NCBI RefSeq assembly: GCF_009914755.1
Contig: NC_060947.1
Strand: one strand, 5' to 3'
DNA length: 64,000 bases
From: the human T2T-CHM13v2.0 reference genome, Homo sapiens
Below the pieces are notes generated by a model. It was not told the DNA's origin and did not search any database. It worked only from the letters and a program-made list of their open reading frames with translations. The translations under genes were made by a program, and so were the position numbers. This document shows, piece by piece, positions 14,426 to 28,559 of this stretch; within the stretch, counting starts at the first letter, position 1; every line of letters begins with the position of its first letter.

Positions 14426-15029
14426 GTTTTGTTTATTTGTTCTTGTTTTGTTTGAGGTCAATTCACTGGCTCCTTTCTCCAGTTTTTTTTTTTTTTTTTA
14501 AACACCTTGAAAGCTTCTAATACATCTGCTAGCCAAAACAGTCATTTTCATTACATGCTTGTGGCTGGTCAAAAAGAACAGTTGTATAATTTTTATTTTC
14601 TTACCCAGACCACAAACAGGTTATAAAAAGTACATGGCCCTTAAATTTTGGCGGTTCCTTTAAAATTTAGTTCAAAAGCCAACATGAAGAGTCAGATGGA
14701 ATGACTGTCACATGGAAGAGCTACCAAGCAGATAATAAGTTTAGAACTCTTAATTGAAAATTAACACACCTACATTGTATTCCCAAATTGAAGAAAACGG
14801 CTGTTTTGGCTACTGCTATAATAAGATGCTGCATACTTCACATGCTGAATCTGGAAGGGGGAGCAATTCAGTCCTATCTGACGGTTGTTCCTAAGCTTTA
14901 GTATAACTTCAAAGATGAGGGTATGAAATTCCGTCATCGTCAGAGAGATCCTGCTTTCTCTTCCTTGGGTTGCAAAGTTAGTAAATATTAGCCTTCCATT
15001 TTAACTAACTCGTTGAGCTTGTCTCCAAT

Positions 15030-15480
15030 AGAAGATTGAATTATTGGCCTCAATCCTTTCACATCCCTAGTAGTATCATACATTCACGCTCCAGCCATGG
15101 CCTCACATAGGTGGAAAGTATTTTCCTACCCCTTGACTTTGGGCTTGGCCACAAGACATGTTTTGTCTAATGGGCTATAAACAAATGTGACAAGAGGAGA
15201 GATTTTGAAAAGTGTTGTTTGTGCTTCTGTCATTGCCTTGTGCTACTCTGTCATACCCCGAGTAGCTGATGTCCCTTCAGCTTGAGTCTCAGAAGAAAAT
15301 ATGTGGTATAGACCCGAACAGAACCGACGGCCTAGAGATAAGCATAGCTAAACCATTTCCAGCCATGATTGGCCAAACCCTACCAAACTGCAGCTCCATG
15401 AATAAATCAATATTGTTGTTATTAGCCACTGAATTAAATTTTTTTGGTTGTTTATTGTGCAGCAAAATGGACTGATATGA
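15030..15480 (+). mobile_element. MaLR MLT1 (I/J-like) LTR
   Basis: CCCCTTGACTTTGGGCTTGGCCAC...AGCCACTGAA...TTGTTTATTGTGCAGCAAAATGGACTGATA. Confidence 0.7.
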
Positions 15481-15998
15481 ACTGAAATGTGGTTTATAAT
15501 CAATACAATCCAGTAAAGTTCTACTAAATGTATGTCTATCAAGCAAAAGAAAAAAAACAGATGATTAGAAAGTTGTCAAATTCTTCTAACAAAGTCCATA
15601 TACATACCAGGTACCAGAATGAGTTATCAATAATTGCCTAGGGGTAAGGGTTAGAAATAAAAAAAGTCAAGTTGAACCCACTAGGTCGTATTTCCAGGTT
15701 TTCAAGCAGACTGTTCTGGTTTGCAATATTTGAAAAGAGTCTGCTGTGGTATGCTAATGACTGTGAATTCTGTGGTCTTTGGAATAGTTCCAAAATGCTA
15801 AGCTCAAGTTTAAAACAAAATTGGATTCTCAAATATCTTTCTTGCTCAGAAAGGATTTAAGTCCTTTTGTACAGAAAGGAACAAACAAGTGATAAGGTAC
15901 CTTTTGGGCTTTCTATTACCTATGTTTCCAGAGTGGTAAAACTGGATCTCTCTTGTTTTCAGTCATATCTACAGGTTCCCTCCTAAGGATGATCCTTC

Positions 15999-16160
15999 CT
16001 GGTGGCTTCTGTTTACAACAATGCCACGCCAAGCAGTTAACACTACTTCGTAAAGGAAGACTCCACTCCTTGACCTTCGCATTCTTGACCCATAATGCAA
16101 TGTGCTTCCACAATCTCTATCATTTCCAGACATCACCCTTCCTGGGAAATGCTGACAAGT
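15999..16160. repeat. 162-bp local direct repeat, copy 2
   Basis: Ungapped match to 14264-14425. Confidence 0.95.
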
Positions 16161-18103
16161 ACGGACTGTGCTAAAGGGTGGAGGCTGTCTTTCACCTCCT
16201 GCCACCAACAGCTTATTTGAGGAGAGTTTAAGAAAGAAGATTTTACCAGAAAAGTTCCAATTTCATGTGCCTCTTTATATGCTTTTTCTGCTTCTTATGT
16301 AGTCTCCAAATTTGAATGACAGTCTTCCTAACTAGTAACCTTGGAGGAATATAGGAGACCAAGTGAGGAAGCTATCAAATAATTTCTTAACATCAACATT
16401 ATTGAAACATAGTAACTCATTGTTTTACATTGGAGGCTAAATAGAATGATATGTTTTAAAATGGCTATCTCCATGGGCTTATTTTTTTTTTCTCATCTGA
16501 TAAGTGGATTCAATGATTTCCAAGATTTTGTTTTCAACTCTGTGATTCTATGGTCTCTGGATACTGTAGTTCCAACCTTCAAGAGAAGAGCACATCTAAT
16601 TAAAGTTCGAGACAGCGCCAAAAGATTAGCAGCTACGGTCACATTTAATGAGCAAGTCGAGTGAAGGCATTTTTCCCATTGTCTAGGAGTCACCTCAATA
16701 GGATGGAAGATGCACGTTCTATACAGTCTTATGACCAGCCTGTTCCTCAGCATATTTTTCCTTTAAGTACCAAACAGGTATATGAATTTAGAATATAAAA
16801 AGAGGGTTGTGATAAGTTGATATTTTCTTCTCCAAAGTTTAAATATTTGAATAGTTCACCAGCTGTAGCTTTAAATAGTGGGAAATAATGCAGCTAGAAG
16901 AACCATACAGGGAAAAAGAGTGAGTTGAAAATTCTCAGCTCAGTGGTTATCATCAAGTTTGGTTCCTGTCAGCCTCCAGCGACTGTAGGTGGTGCTTATA
17001 GGTATTCATCAATAAAAGGTGCATTTGAGGGGATTTCCAGCATTTTGCTTCGGAGGAAATCATTTATGTCAAAAGATTAAAACTGCTGTTTTCAATTGCT
17101 TAATTGAGTATATATTGAGGTTAAGGTTAGTGAAAGTGGTAAAGCAGAATGAATACATTGCTTATTACAGTCAAGAAATGTTATACAGAAATGAGAAAAT
17201 GTACAAACCCCACCAGCCATAAATAAGGAAGTGGTTAGAATGTCGCTCTCAGCCAAGGGCCCTAAGTCCCTTTGTGTAGGTTTGGAAAAATTTATGCCTG
17301 TCTAGCAGCTTGTAGCTGTGGAGCAGAGTTGGCTGACCAAACTTTGATTCCTTCTCTGACCATGTTCTGCTAGCCTTATGTCCTTCAGTAAATGACAGTT
17401 GCCATAAAAAACAATGAGGTTGTTGTATACTCCATCATTCCCACTACTTTGAGATCTTAACAAGATCACATAACCATCTGAACTTGAAGACACAGACTGA
17501 ATTCAAATAATTCAGGCTAAGACATGTGCTGATAACCTAAGAAAAATTATTGCTAGACTCCTAAAATAAATACTATGAGAAAGAGGCCACTTTCACACAT
17601 ATTTTTAGCTTGAAAATGTGTATCTGCATCAATTGTTAAAAAAAACCTTTTTTTTGGATAAATGGGAAAGTATAATAAATTCAATTTTATTTTTAGGACA
17701 TGAATGGATGATAATTTGTGGGCACAAAAAAGAATAATTTGCTAAGCTTTAGTAGCAGTGTAATACATTAAAATGCCTGTATCTCTTGCTCTAAATGAAT
17801 CAATTTTAAATATATATGAATTGAATGTATCAATTGAGATCTTAAAATGAGCAATGAATGTGGTAATACCAGGTACAGATAATTTATGTGTTCTAATATT
17901 ATTTAGAAAAGCATGCCATAAGCTGTTCTTAGCTAAAACCACCATAATTGAGAAAGAAATACTTGAGAAGAGATTAGATATTCTCTACTAGTTGAATGGA
18001 GCAGTGAAAAGTAGATTTTGGTGTCGTGGTTTTATGAAAAAGAAACATCAGAAAATAAAGTTCTAAATCATTTCCATTAAACAAAAACAAAAAACAGAGT
18101 TTT

Positions 18104-18476
18104 TGGTATGGCTTGGCTGTGTCCCCACCCCACAATCTCATCTTAAATTGTAATCCCCATAACCTCCATAATCCCCACGTGTCAAGGGAGAGACCAGGTG
18201 GAGGTAATGGAATCATAAGGGCAGTTTCTCCCATGCTGTTCTCATGATAGCGGGATCTGATGGTTTTATAAGGGGCTCTTCCTACTTCGCTGGGCGCTTC
18301 TCCTTCCTGCGGCCTTGTGAAGAAGATGCTTGCTTCCCCTTCACCTTCTGCCATGATTGTAAGTTTCCTGAGGCCTACCCAGCCATGTGGAACTGTGAGT
18401 CAATTAAACCTCTTTCCTTTAGAAATTACCCAGTCTCGGGCAGTTCTTTATAGCAGTATGAAAATGGACTAATACA
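18104..18476 (+). mobile_element. THE1 (C/D) MaLR solo LTR
   Basis: TGGTATGGCTTGGCTGTGTCCCCACC...GGAACTGTGAGTCAATTAAACCTCTTTCC...GGACTAATACA; full TG..CA LTR. Confidence 0.92.
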
Positions 18477-20719
18477 GTAGCTTTGTTTAAGCAACATAAG
18501 TACTGAAATGAATATTCAAATATAAATCATATAGGTGGATAAACTGATCTTATGAAATGGGGTTCTGTCATAGTTTTTGGTTACAATAACACACAACGTA
18601 CAATGTTATTGATTACTGAGTTAGCTAAGAGGACTTCTCCTGTTATAATATTATACATAATATCACAACACAGTTGCTTTCGTTATAAAATAAAGTAACA
18701 TGTACATTCTATCTGAGATTAAGAGACCAATGGTGAATATATTCCTCTTCATGGGATCACTGCACTAAAACCCACGGCTTTTATTTATTTTACAAAAATT
18801 TCTAGTTAATGATCTAAGGATTTAGCTTTTTATTTTTTCACCAAACCAAGGTATATATTGACTGGAAGTATTCTGAAACTATTATATAAAACAAAACAGC
18901 TTTTGACTTTTTTGTATCAGTTGTTTGTTTGAAAGTTGTTCTTCAAGTGGGAACATGTTTTCTTCCATTTTAAATTGCAGTCTTACAGATCTGTAGTTTT
19001 CTTTTCATGGGGACAAAATTCGTTTTAAGAACTCTGGTATATAAATCTCTGGAAGAGAGCATTCACAAATAAATTCCGATCAACAGATTGCATACATTTC
19101 TCAATCAGCTGTGCAGACTGAGCATTTTCACGGCTCCAGTCATTTCATAAAGATGATTCAGAATTAATCAGTCCTACTGCTACTTTTATTATTTATATAT
19201 TCACAGTATTGACAGATTTCATTTTCTTCCCACTCTTTACTCCTCCTCTATAGGAATAACACTCATGATGTGGTGCGGGCAGCAGGAAGACCTATCATCT
19301 GACTTTCTTTCTTTAAGGCATCACTCAACTAATCCTGAGAACCTATGAACAATAATGGTGGATATGCAGATTCACATCAAACTTCTGTTTGGTTCTTCAA
19401 GTGTTCTCTCCAGAATATGAAGTCCACTAATTCTTTAGACCTCAGTAGAGGTATGTGAAGCATGTAGTAATAACAATGGCTACAATGACACATAAATAGT
19501 TATGGCTGCAATCGCTATAGGTACTGGAACAACATTCCTCTAGGAACAATGACATCAAGAAGCCTTGCAGAGAGCCAATCTCCCAGAATTTTGAGCAATC
19601 AAACTCCTTGTGACATTTTAGAATGCACTGCATCTTCTCTTAGGGTTACTAAAAACTACAACTATACCTAACTCACCTAGCAACAGTTCATGCCGCTAAT
19701 TCATTTTAAAGATACATTAACAGTAGTCTTTTCATATGTCTCTTTGAATTGACTTGGCTGTGTCTCTTGAAAGGCTCAAATTTGATTAGGCCAAAATGCA
19801 GAGGAAATTAATGTTATTCTCTTGTGCCATTTCCCTAAATTCAGAAATGTAAAGAAATACCAATTTCAAATACAGACAAGTCTAATGTTAAATGAAGTCT
19901 GAACATATAAAAAGATTGTCGTCAAGACAAATCCATTGCCTGGTTTTCTTCAGCTGACATCTATTTTTATGTAGACGGTATGACTTAGATTCAGGGACTA
20001 AACATGAAGAAATTCAGAATAATCCAATTATTCAAAAGGCATGCAAAAACTATTATTTAAAAAATCTCTTTTCACAGTGTTTTTGTTTTGAGTACTATAG
20101 CTTTGTAAACATTTAATTATCTAGCTTTATGGGTTTCGTTTTAATGATTGTGCCAACAAATGATAACAATAAATCCATGCCAATTTTGGAAGTATTTCTA
20201 ATATTATATAACAAATTGGAAAGGAATTTTGTACATGATTATCTCTAGGAAGACAAACCACAAGAGTAATTAACAGAGCTATGATTCCATTATCATCACA
20301 AGGGTTAAACCAGAAGTTCATGTTCACTATTTTCATATATCTCACAAACCCAAGTATCAGTTCAGTTCTCCTGGAAATTCATGAAGGATTAAAACAAAAC
20401 ACATTATTAGGCAATATTTTGATATAAGGAGTGGGTAGCTAATATGTTTTCCAAAATTTAGTACAGAAGTGTGTGTATCATCTCAAGATTGGCGGTAACA
20501 CATGTTACTTACAAAAAAATGAGCAGAAATAAACAGTGTGTTTATGATGTATAAATAAAATATAATGACATCACTAGACAAGGGAACATCTACTTTTTGG
20601 AAATTTATTTAGGGCAGTGAACCATTAAAAAATAAAACATAGGCTTTATATTTTTATCATACAGATGGCTAATATTATTAATTTTCAATATGCATTTAGG
20701 AAAAACCAAAGTATATTTA

Positions 20720-21100
20720 CTATTTCAATTAGCTATTGTCACAGTAATGTAGAATAAAGCTCAATGGCTTTATGCAACAATCATTTCTTTTCCTGGATGT
20801 GAATGGCTAGTGCAGCCCTGCTGTTCATGTCTTTTATCGTTTTCCTGAGACCAGCAGCCTAGATGGACGTGTTCTCAGAATGATAGCAGAAGCACAAACA
20901 GGAATGTATAGATCTCTTAAGGCCTAGGCTGAAAACTGTCACCTCTCACTCCTGCTCATTTACCATTTGCTAAAGCAAATCACATGGCCAACCCCTAAGA
21001 CTAGGGGTTGGGAAGTACATTCCACTCATAAGGAGGCATTGTTAAGGTTGTGATTGCAGAAGGTGGAGAAGAAATGGGATTAATGATTAAATCTACTACA
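20720..21100 (-). mobile_element. MaLR MLT1J-like LTR
   Basis: TTAGCTATTG...CTCTTAAGGCCTAGGCT...AAAGCAAATCACATGGCCAA...ATCTACTACA, a reverse MLT1J pattern. Confidence 0.7.
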
Positions 21101-22184
21101 GCTACATAACAGTTTCTTTAAAGCAGATGATATATTGTGGAACATGACAATGATGTGTACTTACTTATATCTTTGACTGAATTCTTCAGGGTGTAATTTT
21201 TGCCACAATATTTACCCGTGCTAGATGATTGTTATGTATTTTTATTGTTATCAGTGATTAACCTGCTGCTAAATTTAAGAAATAGAGAATCTTACTTTTT
21301 TTTTCCAGATTCTTGTATAAGGAATTAAAAGACATATTTTACTGGAGGCAATCCTTTAACAGCGGATGTGAGTATAGGCAGACTGATGCAATGTCTAGTC
21401 TAGGGAGCAGAGCATGCCATCTGAGTCACGAGTCTTGTCTTACTCAACTCTGGAGTTACTTACTTGAAGAGCATATACTATATGGGAATTATAAGACAAC
21501 ACTGCCCCTAAGGAGTTTGGGAAAATTATTTTCTTTTCCAATACAATATGCAAGAAAATATTTCACATCATGAGATTTAGTCACTTCCTGTAAGACAACC
21601 AGAGCAAAAAGTCTTCTTAGTCAGATACACCATGTAGGCAAACTACTCTCTCATCACCTGTGCATGCACGTGTGTGTGCGTGTGTGTGTGTGTTTGTGTA
21701 CACATTCTGTCTGTTTCCAATTACAACTTACTTTTCTCATCTCGTCTTTCAAATTCTTGTTTTTCTGGTGGTGTTCCATTTTTGTAAATAGAAAAGTAAA
21801 AGAAGAGTGTGCTTAAAAACCTGCTCAGAGGGTGAATTTCAAATTGGCGTCTCTATTAGAGGACTAATTTGCTTTCTATGTGCAATCCTGGTGTGATCAC
21901 TGTTGCATATGTTACTGGATTTCAACTCCTCTGCCCCTACCTAAACTCATTTTGAGACTCTCACATGGTAGGTCGATAGCCTGAGTTTTATGGAGCTCAA
22001 ATGCTGACATGACTTCTGTCAGACTTCTGGTGTCACATTTGGTGAAGCACCAGGAGAATATTCTACCATATTTCTCTTTCCTTTGTTTCACTAGGCCAGA
22101 GTAGTCCTCTCTCCCTTGGGTTATCAGACTTTACACACTAGCAAAGCATATGATTGGCATTTTTCTCTTGCTTATTACCCACTC

Positions 22185-22312
22185 CATTCCTCTCTCTCTG
22201 TCTCTCTCTCTCCCTCTCCTTCCCATTCTCCCTCTGTCCTTCCTGTTCTCCCTCTCTCCTTTCTATCCTCCCTCTCTCCTTCACACTTCTCTTCTCCTCT
22301 CTCTGTCTCTCT
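22185..22312. repeat. CT-rich low-complexity tract
   Basis: Pyrimidine-rich run of TCTC/TCC units. Confidence 0.85.
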
Positions 22313-23298
22313 AAAATCAACTAATTATTTTCCATTTTAATCACATTCATAAGTCAATATATTTTATGTGCAAAGAAATACATATTCAAGAAAAAAGTTC
22401 AAATAAGTAAAACGACAACAAAAACCTGTTTCAGAATAAAATAATCTTCTTTGCTAGAACTAACCAAGTTCTAGCTGGTGTCTTTAAGACACAAATTTGG
22501 CTAGAAAGTTACTAATTAATTTGTAAAATATACCTGAAGGAGTTGTGCCTTTTACGGGATACTTAGATAATCTATTCACCATCAGTCAGGGGTGGGTAAT
22601 AACTCTCTGACTACTCTTCTGTACTTTTTATCTTATATACAGTCTTTCAGACAGAATCTATTTCAATACAGTAAACACACATACACATTCCAAATCAAAT
22701 CAAAACAAAACCTTTTTTCCTTCTCTTGATTAACTTTACTTTTGAGAAATTGATTATAATGAAACATGTTTAACAAAATGCATTTTTATGATAAAGAGAA
22801 GATTCCCTAAATCAAGACTGAGACATAATTGTGAAAAATTCAGCCAGTATTATAATTGGATTAAGTTATGGGATTCAACCTGAAAAAAGAAATTTTTATT
22901 CTGATATTGTAATTTGGTCATATTAGGCTAAGATATAATTTAATGTCATGAGTCATTAGAGTGTAACATTGTACTAGTGATCATGGCTCTGATGGAGGCA
23001 TGGACAGTTTTTATGCAAAGGGAAAAACATGAAAATGGTAATGGAAGCCTTTAGGTGTCATCTGGCTTAGCTTTTCCTTTTGTATCTTCAAAACAGTGGG
23101 AAGAATAAACAATACTATTCTTGATTGGCTAGCCACTGGAGATGGGGATACCAAATGAAAAAAATGCTCCAACACAAGCAGGAAGTATTATTTTCTTCAT
23201 TTCTTTATCCTGCAAAAGCACAGAGACTCTGTCTTGCAGAATCATTTTTTTTTTTTTCAAATTTCAGAGCTGAAAGGGCCATAAGCAAAACATCTGGT

Positions 23299-23456
23299 CT
23301 AGTGGTTCTCAAATTTAAGTGGGCACAAGAACTACCTAGGGGCTCTTTACATATGCAGATTCCACGACCCATCCCCAGAGAGCTTCTGACACAATGCATT
23401 TTTAATAAAGTTTCCAAGTAAAGATGGTGTCCGTGGTATGTAAACCTGGAGAAACA
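23299..23456. mobile_element. MER5B-like MITE
   Basis: AGTGGTTCTCAAA...ATGCAGATTCC...CCCATCCCCAGAGA...TGCATTTTTAA. Confidence 0.7.
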
Positions 23457-23694
23457 TATCTTTTACCTAGATCCATCATTTTTCAGAAGATCAACCTGAG
23501 ATCTCCAACAGCACTGACTTCCCCAGGATTACAGAGGCTAGTGTTTAGGAACAGGACCCTAACTTCTTGACTTAAAATAAGATATTTTGCACTCTCTAAA
23601 TACCTTAATACTTCTATTAAAAAAAGTTTTAGAGTCTGTTAGCTGAAGAAGCTGTGCCTTTTTAAGGATACTTAAAAGCGAATAGGCTTTTCCC

Positions 23695-24450
<756 letters not shown>

Positions 24451-25290
24451 TAGCTCATCTTTTGATTTGCTGAATTCTTTTAACTTCTTGTTCAAGATGA
24501 TGTTCTGGCTCTTTAAGAAATGAATTTCTATCATTTGTCCAACTTCAATAGATAGCTGCTAAATGAGAGAAAGCATTCAGAAAGGGCATTCCTGGGTGAA
24601 TGAAATAGACAGAGCCTGGAGGCCGGCATAGTGATGTGAAATGCATTTTCTACTTAGTTGAAAGTCACTTGAAAAGAAAAAGAAATAGGAAATAAGAGAG
24701 ACAGGAGGAGAAGAGAAGAGAGATGAACTAAACTGAGAAAAACTAAGACTTTCTTAAGGCTGCGCTGTGCTCAGATTAGTAGGGCTATGCAAATGAGGTT
24801 ATTAACAGGTATATTCTAAATATTAATTGGTACACACTGGTATACATGGAACCCGATATTATTAAAATACCTTTGGGGCAAACTATAGACAAAGAAAAGC
24901 AAATAAAGAAGTGAAATAAAGAAGTAAGCATCTATGTTGCTATTCGAGAGGTATTTATCGTGCTTAAGATTTAATTTTAATTTATATAGTTACTGTCATG
25001 AGCATTTTGCAGCTTTTAAGTCAGAAGGGAAGTTATTTAATTTATGTTTTATTGTAGAAAAAAGTTTAAAGTTTTAAAAACATCAGTATACTGGTGTATC
25101 TCCAATTGTACACTTAGAGGCAAGGCCTGGTAATGCTTTCGAGAAGAGGTAGGGCTTTGGCCAAGAGTTGAATTTTCCAGGTAGACAAGGAGAGAAAGGG
25201 TATTCTGAGCAAAGATAACTTCTCTTGACTGGGATAATGACTACTTGCTGTTTAGTATTCATTCAGCTCAGTGTCATTTATAAGAAACTT

Positions 25291-25782
25291 TGTATGGCAG
25301 CTTTAATTAAATGGCATCAAAACTTTTTGATACTTCTCCATGGAAAGGTGGAGTTTATGTTCTCATCCCCTTGAATCAGAGCTCTGTCACTGATTGACAA
25401 ATAGAATATGGGAGAAGCAAAACCATTCTTGCTTTTAGGGCAGGCCTTGAGAAGCTTGCAGCTTTAATTTCTTGTCCCTTAGGATAATTGCTCTTGGGAC
25501 CCAACTCTTACACTGTGAAAAAGCCCAAACTGCTCCATGGAGAGGTCCACATGAAGAAAAACTGACAGTCAGCACCTATTTTCCAGGCATGTGAGTGAGC
25601 CCTCTTGGAAGTGAATCCTCCAGCATCAGGCAATCTACCCCAACTGATATCAACTGAAACAGGGATAAGCAAGCCCCATTGAACCTTGAGCAAACTGTAG
25701 ATTCATGAACAAAACAAGTAATTTTTACTGAAGCCATGAAGTTTTGGGCTGGCTTGTTATGTAGCAAAAGTTAACTAGAATA
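25291..25782 (+). mobile_element. MaLR MLT1 (F/G/H-like) LTR
   Basis: AGGTGGAGTTTATGTTC...GGAGAGGTCCACATG...CATGTGAGTGAGCC...TTGTTATGTAGCAA...AACTAGAA. Confidence 0.75.
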
Positions 25783-28072
25783 CCTTCTCTGATCTTACTC
25801 ATAAGGGATGCAGAAGGTGCCCCTTCTCTTGGATGACTAAAGGACTTTGTACTCTATTATAATATAGCCCTTCCTTCCTTGGCTAGGTCTCTCTGTCCTC
25901 CTGCCCCAAGCCCCACCACTATTAATTCCTCTTTTGGGGTAGTTCCATATCTTATCAACTTGTATATTTTCATGCCTGTTTACTGTTCTGTAGAAGATCC
26001 CACTTCTTAATAGCTCTTCTTAAAAGTCACATTCAGGAATCCATTCAAAAAGTACATTTTCCACTACGGGTATATATTGCATGAATTTCAAAATTTCTTT
26101 CAGGTCATGGATGAAAGATGAATTTAGGGTTGTCTAATCAATGCAACGGTTGCATCCAAATAAGAACACTTGTTTTCCACTCCAAAAGAGAATCAACAAT
26201 TTACCATACCAGGTGAAGAAGCTACCTCTACTCATTGCACTTTTTAAAACTGCATTGCACAGCCATTTTCCAAATATTTGTAAAGCTACTGCAAAAACTA
26301 AAAAGGATTTATGGAGTAAATCATGGGAAGAATGCCTGGTCAAGTGGTTCATAAATATCCAGGTCTCATTCTATTTGGGGTCACAGCCTTGAATTTAATC
26401 CAATATTGAATTGTTGAATTGGGAGCAAAGAATTGAGGTGAAATGTGGTTGGCTCCTGAGAGCAACTGAAATGCTGCTTCCTGCAGAGAATAACTTTCTT
26501 TGTAACTCCCAGAGAATAATATATTTGCAAAGGTGTTGGAGGTGAATAGATATTAGAGAGGAAAAAGTAAAATCTTTAGAGAACTGAAAGATTATATTTA
26601 TGTGACTCAGATCATTGTAAGTTATTATAATGCTAATATTGAATAGTCAATAGTCAACATGCTAACAGACCTCTCAAGGACAACCACAGACTCAGGAGCA
26701 AACAAAAGTAATTTGTTGCTTTCTCACTATCAAGAAACAGACATTCTTCCATCTAGACTAATATGATCTCCAGTGGGAAATGATTTATGTCTCTTACATT
26801 CATGAAACTCTCTCTCATAACCAGGCGTAATGACTTCTTTTACCTCTTCGGAGAATGGCTGATTTATGCACAGACCTTTGTGCAATAACTTTTCTTTAAA
26901 GATTGATGCTGTTAAACATGAAAAAAATGTGAACTTTCTGACATTTTATTTTAATATAATTTAGAAAACCATGTAAACTGCAAAAGGACCTCATGTGGAA
27001 TGAAAATCACATGCTGATAACCTAAATTATTTTCAATACCATTAATCTTTGACTAATACCTGGAATGTTTTATTATCAGAATTATGAAAGGCACAAGAGA
27101 GGCACTAATGTAGTTCATCTTAAAAATAATTTAAAGGACTTAAGATTCTTTTTTTATCCCCTCAATTTACACTTTGAGAATTTTCCAGTAGGATGGGTAG
27201 TGATTGTTACCTATCACATAGAGGAATATCATTTTTTTTGTTTTGGTCTAGAAAGTCTGCTCCCAAAGACCAATAACCCTAAAAAATTATTCAAGGTTAG
27301 AGGAAGGGAGGAGGAGAAAGTGACACAAAATTCTTTGACATTTTTCTGTGGTCAAACTTTTCCTGACCTTTTCAATTCTTGTTTGGAGAAGAAGTTCTGA
27401 AATTATGTGGATCTTGTCCAGGTTCTAATGGAGATCAAAGAAAGTTGGCAAATAGTCCCAGCCTTCTCAATGTTTTCATTGCCACTGCCCCATGGTATGC
27501 ATTTAAAACAACTTTATTAATTTTATTAACGTTATCTATCAGTCATTGGTGTGATTTCCTGTGTTACTCAGGATGTTTGGGAAAAAGAAACTCCTTTTAC
27601 CAAACTGTGTTTCAGGCAATCTCAACTTTGGTGTCTGATTGAAAGAGAAGGGCCAAGTCAATGTATTTTCCCAAGGAGGGCATTATGAAAGATAAAATAT
27701 CTCTCTTACAATTTTCAGTATAATATGTTTGTTATCATGAATGAGGGTATTCAGCCTTGTTTATATCCCAAGACTTTAAAGAGCTTTTCCAAAACGAGTC
27801 AATATGAACGCTTAAGAACTAAAATTTATGGAAGATTAACAATTGAAGCTTTCTTTAAACAAAATGGATTTTCAACACTCACAGTAACCAATATTTCAAG
27901 CATAGTTTCATTCACACGTCTATTTCTTTCTAAGTAGTTTCTCACACAAATCAAATGAGAATTGTGCTCTCAAGGTGATAGTGAAATAAACAATACCAAA
28001 GTCTATTTATACATATTGACATAAAATTACATACTATATGTATACATAAAAATAAGCCTGAAAATAGTAATA

Positions 28073-28315
28073 ACATAATATTAGCTATGTTTATTGGGTG
28101 CTTACCGTGTGCCAGAAACTGTTCCATGCACTTCAGTACATTAATTCGCATCACCCTCACAACAACCTGAAGAGGTAGCTGTCATTACTTTTGATTTATG
28201 CTCCATAATCTGAGAGCAATTCAGAAATGCGTCTATGGTCAGTAAGCCCCAGAATCACGATTTAAACTCAGGCAGTCGGGCTTCAAAGTTCACACTATGA
28301 AACACTATCCACCCC
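28073..28315 (-). mobile_element. MIR SINE
   Basis: Reverse MIR 3' end (TTTATTGGGTGCTTACCGTGTGCCAG) through the tRNA-derived head (GATTTAAACTCAGGCAGTC). Confidence 0.75.
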
Positions 28316-28559
28316 AGCCTCTCTCTAATGCAATGTCAGAAGTACTAAACGTCATTTAAAGTGCAGAGAAATGCCTATAGGAATTGAGATGGAGACAAGA
28401 TGTCTTCCAGCTTGGGGGCTCAGGGAAAAAGGGAAGATTCGAAAATGGCTTTCCTTGAAAAGTAGGTAATGTTTGGGTAAGCTTAGATGAAAAAAAGGAA
28501 TCTCAAGACAAAAAACAAGATCATCGAAAGACACAGAAGTAAGCTGGCTAGCTGTTCAT

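Noticed and set aside
15969-16208. Coding potential of the 162-bp duplicate (GSTLHYGS...GVFLYEVVLTAW frame, faintly like a LINE endonuclease)
   Set aside because: Copy 1 has an in-frame TGA, and only 5 of 20 substitutions are synonymous, so there is no sign of coding constraint.
17974-18453. Overlapping ORFs of 126 aa and 69 aa
   Set aside because: They are translations of the THE1 LTR.
22453-22475. 9-bp hairpin GCTAGAACT/AGTTCTAGC
   Set aside because: A short isolated stem is expected by chance in 64 kb.
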